Below are positions 58,747 to 64,000 of a stretch of DNA of 64,000 bases, one piece after another. The notes beneath the pieces are model-generated. The model was not told where the DNA came from and ran no database searches. It worked only from the letters and a program-made list of their open reading frames with translations. Numbering within the stretch: the first letter of the stretch is position 1; the number at the start of each line of letters is the position of its first letter. Source of the stretch: Candidatus Nitrospinota bacterium M3_3B_026 (GTDB lineage Bacteria; Nitrospinota_A; UBA7883; JBPRGF01); NCBI GenBank assembly GCA_051418015.1, contig JBPRGF010000033.1, forward strand, positions 224,001 to 288,000. The letters are read 5' to 3'. The translations under genes and the position numbers were made by a program.

Positions 58747-61269
58747 TCAGTCGAGGAAAAGGTCCGGGTTCTCGCTTTTCCACTCGAGCGTGTCGAGCCT
58801 GGCTCTGACGACCTTTCCGATCATCGTGTCCTTTTCCCGCTCCGCAAGCTGCTTCAGGCGCGGCAGGGCCATGTCTTCCCGGTCTATCTTCTCGAGGGAC
58901 GCGGAGATTATGTAATCCATCCACCCCTTCCTTCCGTCATCGGGATAGCGGTCGATGAACCGCGCCGCCTCACGGATGGCGGAGGGGAAGTCCCGCCGCA
59001 GGTAGTGGGACTCGGCGATCTTGTAGTAGCTGTCCTTGATGTAGGATGGCTCCGGGCGCGTTTTGGAAAGCGGCCTGTAGGCGGCGACGGCCCTGTTGTA
59101 GGAATCTATGGCGAGAGAATGCCGTCCCATGCTCTTGTATACCTCCCCCAGCCTGTAGGCCACTTCGGAGACTTTGGAGTCTTCCGGGGCGGCCTCCAGG
59201 GCAAGGCGCCATTCCGTGGCGGCCGGGGCCGTCTTTCCCTGGGCGAAGAGCGCGTCACCCAGGAATATCCTGGCGCTGTTGGCCCTTTCGCTTCCGCGAT
59301 AGTCTTGCAGGAACTCGCGGAGCAGGCGCTCGGCCAGCGCGGGATCCTCACCCTTGCTCAGCGCCGCCCTCGCCATGTTGAAGGAGGCCGCTTCACCGTA
59401 CCGCCCCTCGGCGTCGGCGGCCTTGACCAGCCTGTAGTACTCACCGGCGCGGCCGTAGAGGGTCATGATTTCGTAGCTCTCGGCTATGCTGTAAAGTATC
59501 CCCGGCTCTTTTATGCCCCGCAGGAACGGGTCGAAATTCTCGTAGTAGGTCATCAGGACGGTGAAAAAGCCCTCCTGCCCGTGGAACGTCTCTATGAGCC
59601 GCAGCAGGTTCTCCCGGACGAGGCTGAATATCTCCTCGGACATCTTCGCGCTCGGATAGTCGCTAAGAAGCTGCTTGTAGGCCAGGATGGCGGAGACGTA
59701 GCGTTTCCTCGCAGACAGCGCCTTCCCTTTGCGCATCAGCGCTTCCTGGCCGTGTTTTTCGGGGTATTTGGCTATTATCTCGTCGAAAGTCGCGAGCGGG
59801 CGCTGGAAGGCCGAGTAGTCGAAAACGGCGCTCTTTTTCAGGATCTCCGGGTCCTCCGCCCCCAGCGACGCCAGCGCGAGCCGGGCCTTTATTCCCTCGT
59901 CCACGTCCGCGAAACCACGAGCGGCGGCTTCGAATATCTCCGCTCCCTCGCGTTTTTTTCCCATCAGGACGTAGGCCTCGCCGATCCGCAAGAGCGCCTC
60001 CCTTCCCTGCGGCGCCTCCGGGAAGAGGTTGACGATGACCGACCAGTCGCGGACGGCCTTGGCGACCTTGCCCAGCCTGTAGCTGGTGTCGGCTATTTTC
60101 ATGAAGGTCTCCGGGCGCTCCTTGGGGTATGTTGGCCAAAGCTCCATGGCTTCGTGGAAGATTATGTCCGCCTCCTTATACATGCCGCGCTCGTAGTACG
60201 ACTCCGCCACCATGTACTTGGCGTCGCGGACCTCGCGTCTCGCGGGGTAGAGGATGAGTATCTTCTCAAGCTCGTTGTAGGCCTGCTGGTACTTTTTGCG
60301 CTTCAGGTATATCTCGGCCCGGCCCAGCATGGCGGCGATGGTGTATTTGCCCTTGGGATACCTTTTGAGAAGGCCGCCATACTCCGACAGCGCCTCGATG
60401 TAAAACTCCTCCATGGCGTAAAGGTCGGCCCGCCGCATCATCGCCTGCTGAACGAGACGGGAGTCCGGGAACCGCGCCGCGGCGGTGTTATAGGCGTCCA
60501 TGGCCGCCTGGACATAGGCCGGGTCGCGCTTGGCTTTCTGGTAAAAAGCGTCGGCCCGGGCGAAGTAGACATTTTCGAGGTATATCGACTCGGGGTAGTT
60601 TACGATGAAACGGTTGGAGAGCCGCGCCGCTTCGTCGAACATCTGCTTTTGGAGCTGTTTCATGATTTCGATGAAGGCCTCGCGTCCCGAGCGCGCCTCC
60701 ATCATGGAGTACGCGTCGTCGATTTCGGCGAAACGCGCCTCGATCTCCTCTTTCGAGGGCTCCTTCTTTTCCGGGGCAGGGGCGGCTGGCTCCGCCTGCC
60801 CGCCGTCACGGCGCTTCCCGATGATTTTCTCCGGCGTCACGCCGCTTAGAGCAAGCTTGCGTTTCGTGGGGCGGAAGTCGAAAACCACGCCGTGGCCCAC
60901 GGGAACCTCGCTTTTGTAAAAGGTAACGTCCGGCTCCTTGAACCTTATGGTCAACGCCGCTCCGGAGGCGTCTTCGGTTGTGGAGACGGACTCGATGAGA
61001 TCGTCGCCGTGCTCCAGCTCCTTCAGCGCGCCGCCCATGGCGGCGGACTCAAAACGCAGGGTGAGCGTCCGGCGGTCTTCGCTGATAGAGACGCCGAGCC
61101 GTGGCTTTTCGTCGGTCAGGACCGTCATGCGCGTCGCGCCGTCCACGCTGGTGAACATCACGTCGCGCACGGCCGCGGGAGAGCCCGAGGCGGCGGTGAA
61201 CCCCAGGTGGAAAAAGACAACGGCCACCACGGCGGTGGTCACGCGATACAGAACTTTCCCGGCGCTCAT
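58747..61269 (-). CDS. Large exported TPR protein with N-terminal AMIN-like domain
   Basis: Signal peptide from MSAGKV; many TPR repeats ending in YP/FP.S. Confidence 0.8.
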   Translation of the reverse strand: MSAGKVLYRVTTAVVAVVFFHLGFTAASGSPAAVRDVMFTSVDGATRMTVLTDEKPRLGVSISEDRRTLTLRFESAAMGGALKELEHGDDLIESVSTTEDASGAALTIRFKEPDVTFYKSEVPVGHGVVFDFRPTKRKLALSGVTPEKIIGKRRDGGQAEPAAPAPEKKEPSKEEIEARFAEIDDAYSMMEARSGREAFIEIMKQLQKQMFDEAARLSNRFIVNYPESIYLENVYFARADAFYQKAKRDPAYVQAAMDAYNTAAARFPDSRLVQQAMMRRADLYAMEEFYIEALSEYGGLLKRYPKGKYTIAAMLGRAEIYLKRKKYQQAYNELEKILILYPARREVRDAKYMVAESYYERGMYKEADIIFHEAMELWPTYPKERPETFMKIADTSYRLGKVAKAVRDWSVIVNLFPEAPQGREALLRIGEAYVLMGKKREGAEIFEAAARGFADVDEGIKARLALASLGAEDPEILKKSAVFDYSAFQRPLATFDEIIAKYPEKHGQEALMRKGKALSARKRYVSAILAYKQLLSDYPSAKMSEEIFSLVRENLLRLIETFHGQEGFFTVLMTYYENFDPFLRGIKEPGILYSIAESYEIMTLYGRAGEYYRLVKAADAEGRYGEAASFNMARAALSKGEDPALAERLLREFLQDYRGSERANSARIFLGDALFAQGKTAPAATEWRLALEAAPEDSKVSEVAYRLGEVYKSMGRHSLAIDSYNRAVAAYRPLSKTRPEPSYIKDSYYKIAESHYLRRDFPSAIREAARFIDRYPDDGRKGWMDYIISASLEKIDREDMALPRLKQLAEREKDTMIGKVVRARLDTLEWKSENPDLFLD

Positions 61270-61322
61270 CTCCCAGCCTGTCCTTCCACAGTTGCGCGCA
61301 ATTGTGATATCAACATTTTTAA

Positions 61323-61338
61323 AGCAAGGACCATGCCG
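61323..61338 (-). promoter_or_regulatory. sigma54 promoter of the TPR-FleR-like operon
   Basis: Minus strand CGGCATGGTCCTTGCT (-24 GG / -12 TTGC). Confidence 0.7.
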
Positions 61339-61381
61339 ACAAGGCCCCGGCAGCGCTTGCCGCAAGGCTTTGTTTTTAAAC

Positions 61382-61540
61382 GAAAGCTTTGCATAGCCGG
61401 CGGGTTGGCTGTCTTGTTCTCCTGAACAAGCGGCGTCTTCGCCGCAACGTGAAGGACCTTGATTTTATTGCTTAAATAAAAAATTCGCCTGCGCTCAGGA
61501 CGACAAAGCAGCAAAACCGGACAGGTTATGCAAAGGTCTC
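61382..61540. repeat. RPE/MITE-like element with terminal inverted repeats
   Basis: GAAAGCTTTGCATAGCC / GGTTATGCAAAGGTCTC (14/17) enclosing a degenerate REP (...GAAGGACCT...TTCGCCTGCGCTCAGGACGAC). Confidence 0.6.
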
Positions 61541-61608
61541 GTTTTCAAAGGAAGATTTGCGGCCCCGCGAGGGGAGCGCCAATGGCCTGACGGCGCCGGA
61601 AAAGTTTT

Positions 61609-62568
61609 TCAGCCTTCCTCGCCGGAGTTGAGCTTGTTGGCGAGCTTGTCCATGAGACGGCTCAGGTCCTCGTACTGCATGTTGAGGTTCCTGTTGGCCT
61701 CTATTATGCTCACAAGGTTTTTCTTGATGGTGGTTATCAGCTCGACCGTCTCCGCCCCGTTCGAGCCTGCGAGGCCGCCGTGGTTTTGCCCGAGGTTCGA
61801 CCACGACTCCACCGCCCTGGTGGGGGATTTCACGTTGTGATGGGCGAGGCTGGCCTCCTTGTCCACGCCCCCGGCGGCGGAATCCGGCGCGGCGCGGCTT
61901 TTTTCACTGGTGACCTTGATGCGCGAAGGGCCGGAGGCCGGAGGCGGGGCTGGGCGAGGGGCGGCGGGCGTTACGCTCCGGCCTATCTGGCCTTTAAGGC
62001 CCTCCAGCACCTTTCGGGAGATGACCTTGAAGGTCTCCAGCACCCCTTCGCCGGTGACGGCCACGGCCTTCACCACCGGCGCGTTCAATGGGTTGAGGGC
62101 CTCGTTCAGCTTTTCGTGGGGCGTAAGGGGCGGCAGGTCCTGCTTGTTGAACTGCAGGACCATGGGAATGGCGTTTATGTCCAGCCCGTTGATGGCGAGG
62201 TTCTCCTCGAGGTTGTTCCAGCTTTCCACGTTGCCTTCGAACTGCCTTTCCTGGCTGTCGGCGACGAAGACCACGCCGTCGGCGCCTCGGAGTACGATCT
62301 TGCGCGTGGCGTTGTAGTAGGTCTGGCCGGGCACGGTGAAAAGCTGGATACGGACGTTGAACCCGCTTATGGTCCCGAGGTCGACGGGCAGCAGGTCGAA
62401 AAAGAGGGTGCGATCCGTCTCCGTCGCAAGGGAGAGCATCTGGCCGCGCCCTTTCGGGTCCACCTTTTTGTGGATATGCTCAAGGTTGGTGGTCTTTCCG
62501 CAAAGGCCCGGGCCGTAGTAGACGATCTTGGCGGTGATCTCCCGGTTCGCGTAGTTGAATACTACCAT
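61609..62568 (-). CDS. mglA: MglA-family small GTPase with C-terminal linker and coiled coil
   Basis: REITAKIVYYGPGLCGKTTNL, TETDRTLFFD, TVPGQ.YY..TR, GADGVVFVADS, NKQD. Confidence 0.9.
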   Translation of the reverse strand: MVVFNYANREITAKIVYYGPGLCGKTTNLEHIHKKVDPKGRGQMLSLATETDRTLFFDLLPVDLGTISGFNVRIQLFTVPGQTYYNATRKIVLRGADGVVFVADSQERQFEGNVESWNNLEENLAINGLDINAIPMVLQFNKQDLPPLTPHEKLNEALNPLNAPVVKAVAVTGEGVLETFKVISRKVLEGLKGQIGRSVTPAAPRPAPPPASGPSRIKVTSEKSRAAPDSAAGGVDKEASLAHHNVKSPTRAVESWSNLGQNHGGLAGSNGAETVELITTIKKNLVSIIEANRNLNMQYEDLSRLMDKLANKLNSGEEG

Positions 62569-63512
62569 CAGATGCTGTTTTTTATCTCCATGGAGCTTTT
62601 GAGGGCGAGCAGGCGTGACTTCACGTCCTTGAAACCCTTGTCCGCCTTGTAGATTGAAGCGAAAACCTTGAAAGCCTCGCGCGGCCTGCCGCCCATCTCC
62701 AAAGAGTCCGCCAACTCATAACGGAAGCTGAGCCTGGAAAAGTCGTCCGCGGCGATCTCGTGTCCCTTCTTGAACGCCTCGACGGCCTTGTCGTACCTGC
62801 CCATTTTGCGCAGGGTGACGCCCGTCATGTGGGCGCTTTTCTCGGCGAGATGGGGGATGTCCCTGAGTTTTTCGAATTCGGCCAGGGCCTGCTCCAGAAG
62901 CCCCATCTCAAGGTACGAAAGCCCCAGCTCGTAGCGCGTTCCGGCCCCGCCCTCGCCGGCGCTCTCCATGCTCTTTTCCACCCCCTGTTGGAACTCGCCC
63001 AGTATCTCCGTGAAATCAACGCCGCGGCCATCGGCGGGGGCGAAGTCCTCCTCCGAGACATCAAAGCCCTTTTCGGCCAGGTCCATCTCCCCCACTTCGC
63101 TTTCAAAGCCGTCCTCCTGCTCCTCCCGTTCCTTCTGCTCGAAGTAGCCGGTCACGGCGTCCACCAGGTAGGCCGGGTCCTTGGATTTTTCAAAACAGGA
63201 GAATATTTTGAGCCTTTTTATGGCCACCTCGGTCTGGACGTCGACCTGGTCGGTGTAGACGAATATCTCCGCCCCGGAGAGCCTTTCGTCGCCCTTGAGC
63301 GAAGAGAGGGTTTTGTAAGGGTCCAGGAGGTCGTCCCGGTCTATGTCGGTGATTATGATATCCGGGGCCGCCGCCGCTATGCTGTCGAGCATTCCTTCCC
63401 CACGGCTCACGAGGCTCACCTTCCACCCTTCGTTTTCAAGCTTTTCGGAAAGCTCGCCGCGGCTGGTGAAGTCATCCTCGATTATGACAATAACGCCGGG
63501 TTTTTCAGTCAT
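62568..63512 (-). CDS. Response regulator receiver - acidic linker - TPR protein
   Basis: IIEDD...PDIIITD...YT...EK; EFQQGV...TRYELGLSYLEMGLLEQALAEF; FRYELA; FKDVKSRL. Confidence 0.8.
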   Translation of the reverse strand: MTEKPGVIVIIEDDFTSRGELSEKLENEGWKVSLVSRGEGMLDSIAAAAPDIIITDIDRDDLLDPYKTLSSLKGDERLSGAEIFVYTDQVDVQTEVAIKRLKIFSCFEKSKDPAYLVDAVTGYFEQKEREEQEDGFESEVGEMDLAEKGFDVSEEDFAPADGRGVDFTEILGEFQQGVEKSMESAGEGGAGTRYELGLSYLEMGLLEQALAEFEKLRDIPHLAEKSAHMTGVTLRKMGRYDKAVEAFKKGHEIAADDFSRLSFRYELADSLEMGGRPREAFKVFASIYKADKGFKDVKSRLLALKSSMEIKNSI

Positions 63513-63572
63513 GCCTCAGGCCCCCTTTTTCCCCCTTCTGCCGCTTTGCCCCCTCGAAGGTGGATAAATTTA

Positions 63573-63601
63573 ATTATAATTTTTCGCGGTGGCGTTGTAA
63601 A
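63573..63601 (-). promoter_or_regulatory. sigma70-type promoter of REC-TPR/mglA
   Basis: Minus strand TTTACA-N17-TATAAT. Confidence 0.65.
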
Positions 63602-63822
63602 TAGATTATGAACCGACGCGGGCGGGAACCCTGAAATATTCTGTTTGACCCAGCAACTAACGGTTGCCGCAAGCGTATCCAGTTAGCTCCAAAATACGGA
63701 AAATCCACTTTCGTGTAAATGGCGCCACCGGATAAAAAGGACACTTCTTTTGTGTAACGCGGTTTTACGGCCCGGCGGCGCTGGGATGGCCTCGCGGGAT
63801 GCGGAAAAGAAACGGCGGAACG

Positions 63823-64000
63823 TCAGGCGGCGTTCTGGTCCTGCTCGTGGCTTAACAGGTTCTTTTTCTTGAGCTTTTCGACCAGCGTCGTGCGGTTGAG
63901 CCCCAGCATCCTGGCGGCTTTGTTTTTCACTCCGTCGGCCCTTTTCAGGGCGGCGAGGATCAGGGCGTTCTCATACTTTTCAACGGCGTCCCGCAGGTCT
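63823..64000 (-). CDS. C-terminal Fis-type HTH of a sigma54 activator, FleQ/FlrA-like (partial, runs off the window)
   Basis: DLRDAVEKYENALILAALKRADGVKNKAARMLGLNRTTLVEKLKKKNLL...*. Confidence 0.8.
   Translation of the reverse strand, partial: DLRDAVEKYENALILAALKRADGVKNKAARMLGLNRTTLVEKLKKKNLLSHEQDQNAA

Noticed and set aside
58693..60849. Long antisense ORFs (e.g. 58693-60849, 1851-3479, 5786-7357, 40607-42139 alternate frame)
   Set aside because: Shadow ORFs expected from high-GC codon bias, overlapping well-supported genes and lacking motifs.
63600..63820. Possible c-di-GMP riboswitch upstream of REC-TPR/mglA
   Set aside because: Only a GGTTGCC fragment matches, the GEMM two-hairpin pattern is absent, and the region lies upstream of the predicted promoter.

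Overview
GC-rich bacterial chromosomal window of mostly housekeeping, respiratory and signalling genes. I found no rRNA, tRNA, CRISPR array, prophage or transposase. The gene content suggests a diderm of Nitrospinota/Desulfobacterota-like affinity, but that is inference only. Main points: (1) an intact mercury-methylation pair hgcA-hgcB lies 6-21 bp downstream of lexA in an apparent lexA-hgcA-hgcB operon. Its sigma70 promoter is overlapped by an inverted pair of TTTC-N7-TTTC/GAAA-N7-GAAA direct repeats (candidate SOS boxes), which suggests DNA-damage control of Hg methylation genes. (2) An anammox-style Rieske/cytochrome b cluster has a split cyt b, a pentaheme cyt c and an NAD(P)H flavin/FeS oxidoreductase, and faces a 9-heme membrane-anchored cytochrome. 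(3) A REC-TPR protein is translationally coupled to an MglA-type GTPase without mglB, between FleQ-like and FleR-like sigma54 activators. (4) A 59-aa YjfB-like gene missed by the ORF track has a near-consensus sigma28 promoter. (5) Several dispersed REP/RPE-like palindromic elements are present. (6) Others: a DUF1998 helicase fused to an RNase H-like exonuclease, an AT-rich orphan ORF between aroK and aroC, and candidate O2 sensors. All calls are from motif recognition by eye; no searches were run.
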